A stretch of 64,000 bases of DNA from the NCBI GenBank assembly GCA_963706595.1, contig OY970166.1, positions 3,456,001 through 3,520,000 of the forward strand. The letters run 5' to 3'. Shown here piece by piece: positions 49,761 through 61,074 of this stretch. The notes beneath the pieces were generated by a model, which saw only the letters and a program-made list of their open reading frames with translations, was not told the DNA's origin and did not search any database. The first letter of the stretch is position 1. Each line of letters opens with the position of its first letter. A program made the translations under genes and the position numbers. The DNA comes from an uncultured cyanobacterium (GTDB lineage Bacteria; Cyanobacteriota; Cyanobacteriia; Cyanobacteriales; Nostocaceae).

Positions 49761-50135
49761 GAAATAAGCGATTAATCGTAATTGCATGACGATTGAGCGT
49801 ATTTGGTGGAAAGTGCGGAGAAACCGACAAATTAGCGGCGCTGGCTGTTTATTTGAAATCTCGCTAAATCCTGGATGAAGTGGGAAAAAGTAGGTAATTT
49901 TAACCAGTATCCAACAAAGCGTAGCTCGCCAAACTAGGCATCGCAGGGGTTGCATCTAAATATTAAAATTTATGATGTTATCGCCTTCTCTGGTTGTAGT
50001 GAGCAAATTAATCGGTCAGTCTCGCTGCAACTGTAGAGAAAAAAAGACAAAGTTTGAACGGCGGTTTTCTCCGCCCATATATCCAGTGTCTGATAGCATA
50101 TAATTTCGTTGCCAAATCCGAATTAAAGGTAAAGT

Positions 50136-50606
50136 ATGTCTCGTCGTGGTGTTATTCAAAGGCGTCCAGTTCCGCCTGATTCCGTATATAACAGTCGCCT
50201 GGTAAGCATGATAATCCGGCGGGTGATGCGTCATGGCAAGAAATCACTAGCTGCAAGGCTAGTTTATGATGCCATGAAAACTATAGAAGAACGCACTGGT
50301 GCTGCTCCTTTGGAAACCTTTGAAAGAGCAGTGCGAAACGCCACACCTTTGGTGGAAGTAAAAGCTCGACGAGTTGGTGGAGCAACCTACCAAGTACCGA
50401 TGGAAGTGCGTTCAGATCGCGGTACAACTCTAGCCTTACGCTGGCTAGTAAATTTTTCCCGGTCTCGACCCGGCCGGACAATGGCAAGTAAATTAGCTAA
50501 TGAGTTAATGGATGCTGCCAACGAAACCGGAAATGCAATTCGTAAGCGGGAAGAAACACACCGGATGGCAGAAGCTAACAAAGCTTTTGCACACTATCGT
50601 TACTAA
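50136..50606 (+). CDS. rpsG: 30S ribosomal protein S7
   Basis: [26 protein letters not shown]. Confidence 0.99.
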   Translation: MSRRGVIQRRPVPPDSVYNSRLVSMIIRRVMRHGKKSLAARLVYDAMKTIEERTGAAPLETFERAVRNATPLVEVKARRVGGATYQVPMEVRSDRGTTLALRWLVNFSRSRPGRTMASKLANELMDAANETGNAIRKREETHRMAEANKAFAHYRY

Positions 50607-50749
50607 AAAAAGCGGCGGTATATCGTGGATCTAAAGACGGTATATCGCGGACTCACAAACATAAATACGGTTTTCCGTAGAAGTATAGAATCTTAACAAA
50701 GAGTAATATACAAGATATCATGAGGCAAAAACTATAATAGGAGGCTACT

Positions 50750-52828
50750 GTGGCACGTACCATCCCGCTAGAGAGAGTACGCAATATCGGTATTGCGGCG
50801 CATATAGATGCGGGCAAGACAACGACAACCGAGAGAATATTGTTTTACTCTGGCATTATTCATAAAATTGGCGAAGTTCATGAAGGAACTGCCGTCACCG
50901 ACTGGATGGAACAAGAGCGTGAGCGGGGAATTACCATCACGGCTGCTGCAATTACTACCAGTTGGAAAGATCATCAAATTAACATTATCGATACTCCAGG
51001 ACACGTTGACTTCACAATTGAAGTAGAACGTTCCATGCGCGTGTTAGATGGCGTAATCGCAGTATTTTGTTCTGTGGGTGGCGTGCAACCGCAGTCGGAA
51101 ACAGTGTGGCGACAAGCAGACCGCTACAAAGTACCTCGCATCGCCTTCATCAACAAAATGGATCGTACAGGCGCGAACTTCTATAGAGTTCACGATCAAA
51201 TGTGCGATCGCCTGCGTGCTAATGCCATTGCCATTCAACTGCCAATTGGTAGTGAAACGGAATTTCGCGGCATCGTTGATCTGGTACGGCAACGTGCCTA
51301 TATTTATAACAACGACGAAGGAACAGATATCGAAGAAACAGATATCCCCGCCGAAATGCAAGAAAAGACGGCAGAATACCGCACCAAGCTGATTGAAGCT
51401 GTGGCAGAAACCAGCGACGCTCTGATGAATAAGTACTTCGAGGGAGAAGAACTTACAGAAGCAGAAGTTCGGACTGCCCTGCGTCAAGGTACAATTGCGG
51501 GTAAGATTGTGCCAGTACTTTGCGGATCGGCATTTAAAAACAAAGGCGTGCAGTTGATGTTGGATGCGGTAGTGGATTATCTACCAGCACCAACTGAAGT
51601 ACCAGCAATTCAAGGTACATTACCGAATGGTGAGACTGTTGAGCGCAAAGCTGATGACAATGAACCTCTATCAGCTCTAGCGTTCAAGATTATGGCTGAC
51701 CCCTACGGTCGTCTTACCTTTGTTCGTGTTTATTCTGGTGTTCTGAAAAAAGGTAGCTACGTTCTTAACGCTACCAAGAACAAAAAAGAGCGCATTTCCC
51801 GTCTGGTGATTTTAAAAGCAGATGAACGCATGGACGTGGACGAAATGCGGGCTGGCGATTTGGGAGCAGCATTGGGGCTAAAAGATACCTTGACTGGTGA
51901 TACCATCACCGATGAAGGATCACCAGTAATTCTGGAATCTCTATTCATTCCTGAGCCTGTGATCTCGGTAGCGGTTGAACCCAAAACCAAGAATGACATG
52001 GACAAGCTCTCCAAAGCTCTGCAATCTCTTTCAGAAGAAGACCCCACCTTCCGCGTTCACGTTGATCCGGAAACGAATCAAACTGTGATTGCCGGCATGG
52101 GAGAGCTACACCTGGAAATTCTGGTAGACCGGATGTTACGAGAATTCAAAGTAGAAGCGAATGTCGGTGCGCCGCAAGTAGCTTACCGCGAAACGATTCG
52201 GAAACAAGTCACCAAAATTGAAGGGAAATTCATTCGCCAAAGTGGTGGTAAAGGCCAATATGGTCACGTTGTGATCAATTTGGAACCAGGCGAACCCGGT
52301 ACGGGCTTTGAATTTGTTTCTAAGATTGTTGGCGGTACTGTACCTAAAGAGTACATTAGCCCCGCAGAACAAGGAATGAAAGAAAGTTGCGAATCTGGTG
52401 TTCTGGCTGGGTACCCATTGATTGATGTCAAAGCAACTTTGATTGATGGGTCATACCACGATGTAGACTCTTCAGAAATGGCTTTCAAAATTGCTGGCTC
52501 AATGGCAATGAAAGAGGCAGTGTTGAAAGCTTCACCCGTACTTTTAGAACCTATGATGAAAGTTGAGGTTGAAGTTCCCGAAAACTACCTTGGGGATGTA
52601 ATGGGCGACCTTAATTCCCGTCGTGGGCAAATTGAGGGTATGGGATCTGATGATGGAATTGCCAAAGTAACTGCTAAAGTCCCATTGGCAGAAATGTTTG
52701 GTTACGCTACTGATATCCGCTCGAAGACCCAAGGTCGGGGCATCTTCTCAATGGAATTTAGCCGCTACGAAGAAGTACCTCGCAACGTGGCTGAAGCAAT
52801 CATAGCGAAAAGCAAAGGGAACGCTTAA
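50750..52828 (+). CDS. fusA: Elongation factor G
   Basis: [30 protein letters not shown]. Confidence 0.99.
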   Translation: MARTIPLERVRNIGIAAHIDAGKTTTTERILFYSGIIHKIGEVHEGTAVTDWMEQERERGITITAAAITTSWKDHQINIIDTPGHVDFTIEVERSMRVLDGVIAVFCSVGGVQPQSETVWRQADRYKVPRIAFINKMDRTGANFYRVHDQMCDRLRANAIAIQLPIGSETEFRGIVDLVRQRAYIYNNDEGTDIEETDIPAEMQEKTAEYRTKLIEAVAETSDALMNKYFEGEELTEAEVRTALRQGTIAGKIVPVLCGSAFKNKGVQLMLDAVVDYLPAPTEVPAIQGTLPNGETVERKADDNEPLSALAFKIMADPYGRLTFVRVYSGVLKKGSYVLNATKNKKERISRLVILKADERMDVDEMRAGDLGAALGLKDTLTGDTITDEGSPVILESLFIPEPVISVAVEPKTKNDMDKLSKALQSLSEEDPTFRVHVDPETNQTVIAGMGELHLEILVDRMLREFKVEANVGAPQVAYRETIRKQVTKIEGKFIRQSGGKGQYGHVVINLEPGEPGTGFEFVSKIVGGTVPKEYISPAEQGMKESCESGVLAGYPLIDVKATLIDGSYHDVDSSEMAFKIAGSMAMKEAVLKASPVLLEPMMKVEVEVPENYLGDVMGDLNSRRGQIEGMGSDDGIAKVTAKVPLAEMFGYATDIRSKTQGRGIFSMEFSRYEEVPRNVAEAIIAKSKGNA

Positions 52829-52850
52829 TTAAAAAAGGAAACGAGCATTC

Positions 52851-54080
52851 ATGGCACGCGCAAAATTTGAAAGGACTAAACCCCACGTTAATATCGGTAC
52901 AGTTGGCCACGTTGATCATGGTAAAACCACTTTAACAGCTGCTATTACCATGACTCTGGCCGCTTTGGGTCAAGCTACAGGTAAAGGCTATGACCAAATT
53001 GATAACGCCCCCGAAGAAAAAGCACGGGGTATTACCATCAATACGGCTCACGTTGAGTATGAAACCGAAGGTCGGCACTATGCTCACGTAGATTGCCCAG
53101 GACACGCTGATTATGTAAAAAACATGATCACTGGTGCGGCTCAAATGGATGGTGGTATTCTCGTAGTTTCTGCTGCTGATGGCCCCATGCCCCAAACCCG
53201 TGAACATATCCTGCTGGCAAAGCAAGTGGGTGTTCCCAGTCTAGTTGTCTTCTTGAACAAGGAAGATATGGTAGACGACGCAGAACTCCTAGAGTTGGTG
53301 GAATTGGAAGTCCGGGAGCTATTATCTAGCTACGATTTTCCTGGCGATGACATTCCCATCGTCACAGGCTCCGGTCTCAAAGCACTCGAAGCAATGACTG
53401 CTAACCCCAAAACTAAAAAGGGCGAAGATGAGTGGGTAGACAAAATCTACGCCCTCATGGAAGCAGTAGATTCTTACATTCCCACTCCTGACCGTGCTAT
53501 TGATAAGCCCTTCCTGATGGCTGTGGAAGACGTGTTCTCCATCACAGGTCGTGGTACTGTTGCTACCGGTCGGATTGAACGTGGTGTAGTAAAAGTGGGC
53601 GACAACGTGGAATTAGTGGGTATCAGAGACACTCGTAACACCACTGTCACCGGGATTGAGATGTTCAAGAAGAGTCTCGATCAAGGTATGGCTGGAGATA
53701 ACGCCGGTGTACTCCTACGCGGTATCCAGAAGGCTGATATTGAACGCGGTATGGTAATCGCCAAGCCCGGTTCCATTACTCCTCACACTCAATTTGAAGG
53801 TGAAGTGTATGTGCTGACAGAAAAAGAAGGCGGTCGCAAGACTCCATTTTTCTCTGGCTACCGTCCTCAGTTTTACGTGCGGACAACCGATGTAACTGGC
53901 ACAATCACAGCCTTTACTTCCGATGATGGTAGTGAAGCAGAAATGGTGATGCCAGGCGATCGCATCAAAATGACAGTAGAACTGATCAATGCGATCGCAA
54001 TTGAGCAAGGAATGCGCTTCGCAATTCGTGAAGGTGGCCGCACCATTGGTGCTGGTGTCGTCTCCAAAATCGTGAAGTAA
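52851..54080 (+). CDS. tuf: Elongation factor Tu
   Basis: [34 protein letters not shown]. Confidence 0.99.
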   Translation: MARAKFERTKPHVNIGTVGHVDHGKTTLTAAITMTLAALGQATGKGYDQIDNAPEEKARGITINTAHVEYETEGRHYAHVDCPGHADYVKNMITGAAQMDGGILVVSAADGPMPQTREHILLAKQVGVPSLVVFLNKEDMVDDAELLELVELEVRELLSSYDFPGDDIPIVTGSGLKALEAMTANPKTKKGEDEWVDKIYALMEAVDSYIPTPDRAIDKPFLMAVEDVFSITGRGTVATGRIERGVVKVGDNVELVGIRDTRNTTVTGIEMFKKSLDQGMAGDNAGVLLRGIQKADIERGMVIAKPGSITPHTQFEGEVYVLTEKEGGRKTPFFSGYRPQFYVRTTDVTGTITAFTSDDGSEAEMVMPGDRIKMTVELINAIAIEQGMRFAIREGGRTIGAGVVSKIVK

Positions 54081-54099
54081 CACCTTTTTGTCCTATAAC

Positions 54100-54137
54100 A
54101 AAGGAGCAGAGATGGTAAAATTCCTCTCTGCTCCTTT
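54100..54137 (+). terminator. Stem-loop after tuf
   Basis: AAAGGAGCAGAGA...TCTCTGCTCCTTT. Confidence 0.7.
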
Positions 54138-54254
54138 CTCTTCCGTCTGGGATTATGTAAAATTACGGTTTACAAAAATCTGGCTGCTCAGGCCAAAATC
54201 CCCAAAAATTGTCGAAACAATCACAAATATTCATCAGAACCTGGAAAATTAAAG

Positions 54255-54572
54255 ATGGCAACTCTACAGCAGCAGAAAATTAGAATTCGTTTACAGGCTT
54301 TTGACCGTCGCTTATTAGACACATCTTGCGAGAAGATTGTAGACACGGCTAACAGGACTAACGCTACAGCCATAGGACCTATTCCTTTACCGACAAAACG
54401 CAAAATCTACTGTGTGCTGCGATCGCCTCACGTAGATAAGGATGCGCGGGAACACTTTGAAACCCGCACCCATCGCCGGATTATTGACATTTATCAGCCT
54501 TCTTCTAAAACTATTGATGCCCTGATGAAACTAGATTTACCCTCTGGTGTGGACATTGAAGTAAAACTATAA
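54255..54572 (+). CDS. rpsJ: 30S ribosomal protein S10
   Basis: [31 protein letters not shown]. Confidence 0.99.
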   Translation: MATLQQQKIRIRLQAFDRRLLDTSCEKIVDTANRTNATAIGPIPLPTKRKIYCVLRSPHVDKDAREHFETRTHRRIIDIYQPSSKTIDALMKLDLPSGVDIEVKL

Positions 54573-54597
54573 TTTAGTCATTGGTTATTAGTCAATC

Positions 54598-54846
54598 AAT
54601 TTTGGATTGACGATTTTGGATTTTGGATTTACTCCACCCTAAAATGGATAGCTCTGAGGATTTTAGATTGGCGTTAGCGAAGCGTAAGCAGCGCCGCGAG
54701 TATTTTGGATTAATTCCGCCCTGAAGAGGCGGGGCTTGTACCTAAAATTCGCAATCCAAAATCTAAAATCCAAAATCTAAAATTTTTCGGTCATTAGTCC
54801 TTGGTCATTAACACTAATGTAGAGACACGATTAATCGCTTCTCTAC
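54598..54846. repeat. Composite repeat region: inverted TTTTGGA/TTTTAGA heptamers, SDR, IS605-like hairpin and GTAG REP
   Basis: ttttggattttggatt ... aatccaaaatctaaaatccaaaatc; CCGCCCTGAAGAGGCGGGG; GTAGAGACACGATTAATCGCTTCTCTAC. Confidence 0.75.
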
Positions 54847-55078
54847 TAATGACCCGCGCATTCGCTCCACTTTTGATGAAAACATCACTGTCGCTTGTTT
54901 TCAGGGCTGGAGGATGCGTTAAATTCATTGCTATGAATATTTACCCAGCCCTGAAAAAATTTATCTCAGGGCTTTTTATTGCCTGGGAAACAAATGATAG
55001 AATGTAAACAAAGTAGGGGAAAAGCAGAGAATAATACAATTTTAAAATTAAATTTATACCAAGATAACCAAGATAACA

Positions 55079-55726
55079 ATGACATCTTCTTCTAAAATTG
55101 CAGTGCGCGAACTACCTCTGTTCCCGTTACCTGAAGTAGTTCTATTTCCCACTAGACCATTACCCCTACACGTCTTTGAATTTCGCTACCGAATCATGAT
55201 GAACACGATTTTGGAGAGCGATCGCAGGTTTGGTGTGTTGATGCTCGATCCAACTGAAGGTAAAATTGCCAACGTTGGTTGCTGTGCAGAAATCATTCAT
55301 TACCAACGGATGCCAGATGACCGCATGAAAATGTTGACTTTGGGACAACAAAGGTTTCGGGTGTTAGAGTATGTTCGTGAAAAGCCTTACCGTGTTGGCT
55401 TAGTCGAGTGGTTAGAAGACCAGCCCCCAACCAAAGATTTACGTCCTTTGGCTAGTGAGGTAGAACAACTGCTGCGAGATGTAGTGCGTCTTTCAGCCAA
55501 GTTAACTGAACAAAATATGGAACTTCCCGAAGAATTGCCTGCCCTGCCCACAGAACTTTCTTATTGGGTGGCAAGTAACCTCTACGGTGTGTCCTCAGAG
55601 CAGCAGGCATTGCTAGAAACACAGGACACTGTGCTTCGTTTAGAAAGAGAAGCGGAAATTTTGACTACTACTCGCAATCATTTAGCAGCCCGTGCTGTTC
55701 TGAAAGATACTTTTAATAATTCGTAA
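55079..55726 (+). CDS. LON peptidase substrate-binding (N-domain-only) protein
   Basis: LPLFPLPEVVLFP...LHVFEFRYRIM; no AAA+ or protease domain. Confidence 0.92.
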   Translation: MTSSSKIAVRELPLFPLPEVVLFPTRPLPLHVFEFRYRIMMNTILESDRRFGVLMLDPTEGKIANVGCCAEIIHYQRMPDDRMKMLTLGQQRFRVLEYVREKPYRVGLVEWLEDQPPTKDLRPLASEVEQLLRDVVRLSAKLTEQNMELPEELPALPTELSYWVASNLYGVSSEQQALLETQDTVLRLEREAEILTTTRNHLAARAVLKDTFNNS

Positions 55727-55755
55727 TTCGTAATTCGTAATTCGTAATTCGTAAT
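55717..55755. repeat. STRR heptamer (TAATTCG)x5
   Basis: taattcg tandem units overlapping the stop codon, followed by SDR-like inserts. Confidence 0.9.
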
Positions 55756-55823
55756 GCCTCTTTTTCTGCGGAAAGCTACGCGAACAGAGGAGCTACGCTA
55801 AGGTAATTCGTAATCACGGGTTA

Positions 55824-56690
55824 CTATTCAATGCTGATCGGTAGAACATGATAGCTGCCAAAAATCTTGATGATTTCGGCATAAGTAGTTAATTGTGCTA
55901 AAGCCGATTGCATTCTAGCTTGTTTAATGTCTGCTTCTAAGTCAACAAAAAACAAGTATTCTCCTAGCGATCGCTTTGTTGGTCTAGATTCAATTCGGCT
56001 GAGATTAATTCCTAATTGAGCAAATACTTGTAGCGGTTTGAGCAGCGTTCCTGGTAAGTTGGCAGGTACACTGAAGGCGAGGGAAGTGTGAGTAGCACTT
56101 GCTGAGATATTGATTAAATCGTCTTGACTTTGACTAACTACCCAAAAGCGAGTGCAATTTTCTGGATAGTCGTTGATATTACTGGCTAATATAGGTAGGT
56201 TATAGATTTGAGCAGCTCGGCTGGATGCGATCGCAGCTGCTGTTAAGTCCTGATCTAGTCGCTGTAGTGATTCAGTTGTAGAATTGCTTGCTATTAGCTG
56301 CACATCTGGGAGAATGCGCCCCAACCATCCTTGACATTGCGCCAAAGCTTGGGGGTGAGAATAAACCGTTTGAATACTATCTAAACTAGTGGCACTAGAA
56401 ATTAAGGCATGAGCAATGGGCATAACCAAGGCTGATTGAATTTGCAAGGTATCCAACTGCCACAGTGTATCCATTGTCATGGTGACACTGCCTTCAATAG
56501 AATTTTCAACTGGCACGACAGCCAACTGGGTTTGTCCGTCGGCAACGGCTTGGAGTGATTGGGCAATGCTGGAATAAGGACGACAGATTGCTTGAGTATC
56601 TGTTTGTTTAGCTAGCCAATTGGCATAAAAAACGGTTGCTTGTTCTGCGTAAGTGCCAGGAGGTCCTAAATGGGCAATGGATATAGTCAC
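55824..56690 (-). CDS. pheA: Prephenate dehydratase
   Basis: HLGPPGTY, PVENSIEG, SHPQALAQC, NCTRF, NLSRIESRP. Confidence 0.97.
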   Translation of the reverse strand: MTISIAHLGPPGTYAEQATVFYANWLAKQTDTQAICRPYSSIAQSLQAVADGQTQLAVVPVENSIEGSVTMTMDTLWQLDTLQIQSALVMPIAHALISSATSLDSIQTVYSHPQALAQCQGWLGRILPDVQLIASNSTTESLQRLDQDLTAAAIASSRAAQIYNLPILASNINDYPENCTRFWVVSQSQDDLINISASATHTSLAFSVPANLPGTLLKPLQVFAQLGINLSRIESRPTKRSLGEYLFFVDLEADIKQARMQSALAQLTTYAEIIKIFGSYHVLPISIE

Positions 56691-56847
56691 AACGTTAATT
56701 CCTGAGTTATGTTTTCGGTTTATACACTGTTTAAATCCTATTTTGCCAGAAAATTTTTCCAGTCGATTATGTATGATTAAATTAAAATTGATAAAACTAT
56801 AATTTAATTAATAATAGAAGTATTAAACAATTATGGCCCTTTAATTT

Positions 56848-57444
56848 ATGGCTACTCAGTTTACTGCCTCCCAAACTGTAAAAATTAATGTTCCACCACA
56901 GCCAATTCCTATTCAATACTACTTGCGTCAGCCTCAACGTCTAGTTAATGCTTTAGCTGACAACAGTCGGATAAACCAGCTTTCCGACGAAGTATTTCGC
57001 TTAAAAATGCGTCCCCTCACCTTTATGTCCCTGAGTATCCAACCTACTGTAGACCTGAAAATTTGGGCAGAACCAAATGGGACTATTAAATTGCGATCGC
57101 TCAGTTGTAAAATCATAGGTTTTGAGTACATTAACCAGCGCTTCGCTTTAAATTTACAAGGACATTTGTCTTTGCACCAGCTAAATAACACTACCAGCCT
57201 CCAAGGACAAGCCGACTTAGAAGTGCAGGTGGACTTACCACCACCATTTTCCTTTACTCCCAAGGCAATTCTCGAAGCCACGGGCAATGCTTTGCTCAAA
57301 AGTGTATTGTTGACAGTGAAACAACGCTTACTACATCAACTTTTAGCTGATTATCGCTGCTGGGTAACATCACAAATTTCCGAAAACTCGCCTTTATCCG
57401 ACGGTGCGGAATTGCCAATGGGTGAATCGGTGAATAATCTTTAA
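56848..57444 (+). CDS. DUF1997 family protein
   Basis: YLRQPQRLV, IQPTVDL, LEATGN.LL..VL, LLADY. Confidence 0.85.
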   Translation: MATQFTASQTVKINVPPQPIPIQYYLRQPQRLVNALADNSRINQLSDEVFRLKMRPLTFMSLSIQPTVDLKIWAEPNGTIKLRSLSCKIIGFEYINQRFALNLQGHLSLHQLNNTTSLQGQADLEVQVDLPPPFSFTPKAILEATGNALLKSVLLTVKQRLLHQLLADYRCWVTSQISENSPLSDGAELPMGESVNNL

Positions 57445-57509
57445 CCTTTTCACCAATTGTGCAACATTAGTCATACCAAGTTTAGTTAAGCAGTAATTAC
57501 GAGAGAGTC

Positions 57510-58212
57510 CTAGTCTTCACTCCCCACTTTTTCACTGATTTGACAAGGACGAAAAGATTTGCGATGCAGTGGTGATGCCCCGTATTGTTGCAGGGCTACC
57601 AAATGCTTTTGGCTACCATATCCTTTATTTTGCTCTAGATTGTATAAAGGATACTGCGATGCTAAACGCATAATCAAGTCGTCGCGCCAAACCTTAGCCA
57701 CAATACTAGCAGCTGCAATGGTTAGCGATCGCTCATCCCCCTTGACTATGGTTTCTTGCGGCACTCGCAAATCCTTGATAGGCTGATTACCATCAACCAA
57801 GCATAGCTGAGGACTGACTTTTAGTTTCAGTACCGCTCGCTTCATAGCCAATAAAGTGGCTTGCAAAATATTTATTTGGTCAATTTCAGCACTTGAAGCC
57901 CAACCAATTTGCCAATCTGTAGCCAACTCATAAATTTGCTCTGCCAGTCTGAATTCTCCGACAACTAGACAGCTTTTTGCTGTCTTTAATGTTGGATGCT
58001 ATCAGCTTTGGCAAGGCACAAGCAGGCAATATCACTGCTGCCGCTACTACTGGACCAAACAGCGCACCCCGCCCGACTTCATCTATCCCCGCAACTAATT
58101 CTGGAAGCTGTGATAAATTTGACTCTAAGGGTGGTGACAACTCCAGCCAAACCTGCAACTTTGGGAGGGCTGGTAAATAACTATTTGTGGCATTCAGCTT
58201 GATCTTCGCCAT
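57510..58212 (-). CDS. rnhB: Ribonuclease HII (apparent +1 frameshift at 57948-57949)
   Basis: [15 protein letters not shown] and DSKKL in one frame; [35 protein letters not shown] in the next. Confidence 0.95.
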
Positions 58213-58219
58213 GAAACGG

Positions 58220-60399
58220 TTAATTGTCCTCAGATGTACTGGAATCTGAATCCAGAGCAGAAGAACGACGGCGGCGGCGACGGTTGCCAATAGAAGTTTT
58301 ACTGACTAAATCGTTCTCGGTCTTTTCTGCGGAATTTGCATCTGCATCTGGTTGGTTCAGCTTTTCAACTACGGTCTGGGGGTTCGGTTCTGGCTCTACT
58401 GGGGATGTATCCACTTCATGACTTGCTGTTTTCACGGCGGTGGAATCTGAAGTTGATTCATTTGCTTTAGTTCTTAGAGCATCAGGGCCAATAACATTAA
58501 TAATGACGGATTTAGAGTTCTTAATTTCTTGGTCTAATTTCACTAAGGGAGAAACTCCCATTAAGGCAAACACATCTTGCTCTTCTAGGGTCATTTCTAC
58601 GCTTCTAATTTCCGGCGGTTCTACTACAGGCTTCACGGGATTCTACTTTCGTGATTTTAGTCCGTTCTGCCCTTTCATGCCAACCTGACTTCCCTAAGTT
58701 AGGAGAAGGAATTTCTGAGGTAGATTCTCCCAATTCTGGGATTGAGCGCGGCCGAAGTTCAGCGTTCGACTGAGCGCTGAGACCGAAGTCTTCAGCGTCG
58801 GTATCCAAATCTAGCTCGTTGTCAAAATCTACTGTTCTCGGAGTCACCCGATTGATGGCTACGCCACGCAAGCTATCATCTTTGGCATTGCTGCCATTAA
58901 TACTGGTGCGATTGCGACTAATGCGGGTACGGCGAGTTTTGTCACTTGGTTCTTGATAGCTGGGATGATTGATTAAATCCAATGAACTGATGTCGGAGAC
59001 AGCATGGAACATTTCCCCGAATGTCTCAGAGGTTTCCCGTGGTTCAGCTATGCGATTTGTAGGCAGGCGTGGTTCTTTCTGAGGTGGGGGTACTTTAGAC
59101 GGAGGGTAGCCAAAATCAGAACGTTCTGGTGATTCGGCAGTGATTGGCAGTCGCGGTTCTGTGTCTCCTGGCAGATGCACAATATGTCCCACACCATTAC
59201 AGGTTGGGCAAGTATTACCAAACAATTCGTAAATATTTTGACCTTGGCGCTTACGGGTCAGTTCTACTAAACCTAATTCGGTTAATTGGGCAATCTGAGG
59301 ACGGGCTTTATCTGCTTTCAGTGCTTTATTAAAGTGTTCTAGAACTTGCAATTGGTCACGCCGCGATTCCATATCAATGAAGTCAACGACTATTACTCCG
59401 GCAATATTTCGCAGACGTAACTGACGAGCAATTTCCGTGGCTGCTTCGCAGTTTGTCCACAAAACTGTTTCTCTGGCTGTGGCGGAACGAGTGAAGGAAC
59501 CAGAGTTGACATCTACTACTGTTAATGCTTCTGTGGGTTCAATAATAATATAACCCCCAGAAGGTAAGTCTACTCTGGGTTTCAGTGCTTCTTTAATTGC
59601 GGCACTAATGCGGAAGTATTCTAATATTGGGGAGCGATCGCGGTGATGGTCGAATCAAAACGCCTTGTGGTGTTTGACCTCCACTCCAGTTCTGCAAATA
59701 CTGCTTGACTCGTTTCAATCCAGTGCTGGAGTCTACTACAATGCGATTCACATCGGCACCGTACATATCTCGCAAAACACGCTGAATGAAGTCATCATCT
59801 CGATTCAGCAGGGCTGGCGCGCGGGTAGATTGTGCCTCTTGCACAATAGCGTCCCATTGCTTTTGCAGCAGTTCCAAATCTTCAATAATTGCTTCTTCTG
59901 GTTTGCCTTCGGCTTCAGTACGTACAAGTAAACCCATACCTGCGGGCTTAATCAAAATTGCTAAAGCGCGTAAACGGTTGCGTTCACTTTCACTTTTAAT
60001 CCGTCGGGATAAATTTACACCCCTACCATAAGGCATGAGCACTACATAGCGCCCAGGTGAGGTGATGTTACCAGTGAGCCTTGGCCCTTTTGACCCAGTT
60101 GGCTCCTTCATTACTTGCACTAACACTTTTTGCTGTGGTGCTAATAGTTCAGTAATTGCTGCTGCTGTGCGCTTCAGCTTCAATGGACCCAAGTCGGTGA
60201 CATGAATAAAGCCATTGCGCTCTGGGTCGCCAATATTCACAAAAGCCGCATCTATTCCAGGTAATACATTTTCTACTACACCTAAATAGACATCACCGAT
60301 TTGGTGATGACCAGTAGCAACAACGAGTTCTTGTATTTGATCTTCAGAAAAGACGGCAGCAATTTGATGCTGTTCGGCGATGATAATTTGCTTTGGCAT
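58220..60399 (-). CDS. rne: Ribonuclease E, split by two apparent +1 frameshifts (near 59652 and 58638)
   Basis: [11 protein letters not shown]1 domain [18 protein letters not shown] (in the gap between ORFs), [23 protein letters not shown]-terminal RRRRRRSSA. Confidence 0.96.
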
Positions 60400-61074
60400 T
60401 CAATTTCCTCAAAAATTGGCAGCACCAACGAGAGACATGGAGGTTATGTTATACCTTTTGCCTCTGCAGTTCCCTAAAAGGCGCTGCTGATCATAAAAAT
60501 TGTTGACTTCTTTGCTCAAATTAATGAGCTATTGACTAAAAATTGCGTTTACACGCTCTGATTATTCCCAAACGCCTGCGTAGTTTTCAGCAAATAAATC
60601 AACCGTCTTGGGTTGATTTTTTATGCGAACCATTACTACCTAGTGATTAGGCATTGAGCAGTTGTTTAAAAAGCATAGAGGAAGAGTTGCCGAGGAGCCT
60701 GTTGTTTAAGTTACTAGTTCACAAAATGGCTGTAGAGAGGAGTGGGTTCTTTAATCTGCCTCACCGTTGGGCTGGGGCTGATACGTTCGCCATTGGCGTT
60801 GCGTTCGCTTTGGTGTTACGAAGTCAACAAGCCTTGTCTGGGATACAATCTTAAAGTCACACTCTAATTTGGCTTTTGCTCTCGTGGTTATCACCAGTTT
60901 GTGAACTAGTGAATTTAATGCAGCACCAGAAAATTCTCTTCATTTGATTCTAACGCAACTGAGAAATCAATTTCCATAATGATGCTTTAGTCAGGGCAAG
61001 TCCTAGCCAATTGCCATCAGGCTCTGAGCGCAGCTATGCCAGTAGGGCTTGACGCTACGCTCTGCTATCAGGGA

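Noticed and set aside
58220..60399. RNase E naturally split into three genes
   Set aside because: Two single-base removals give one continuous canonical protein, and catalytic-domain sequence lies in the gap between the called ORFs.
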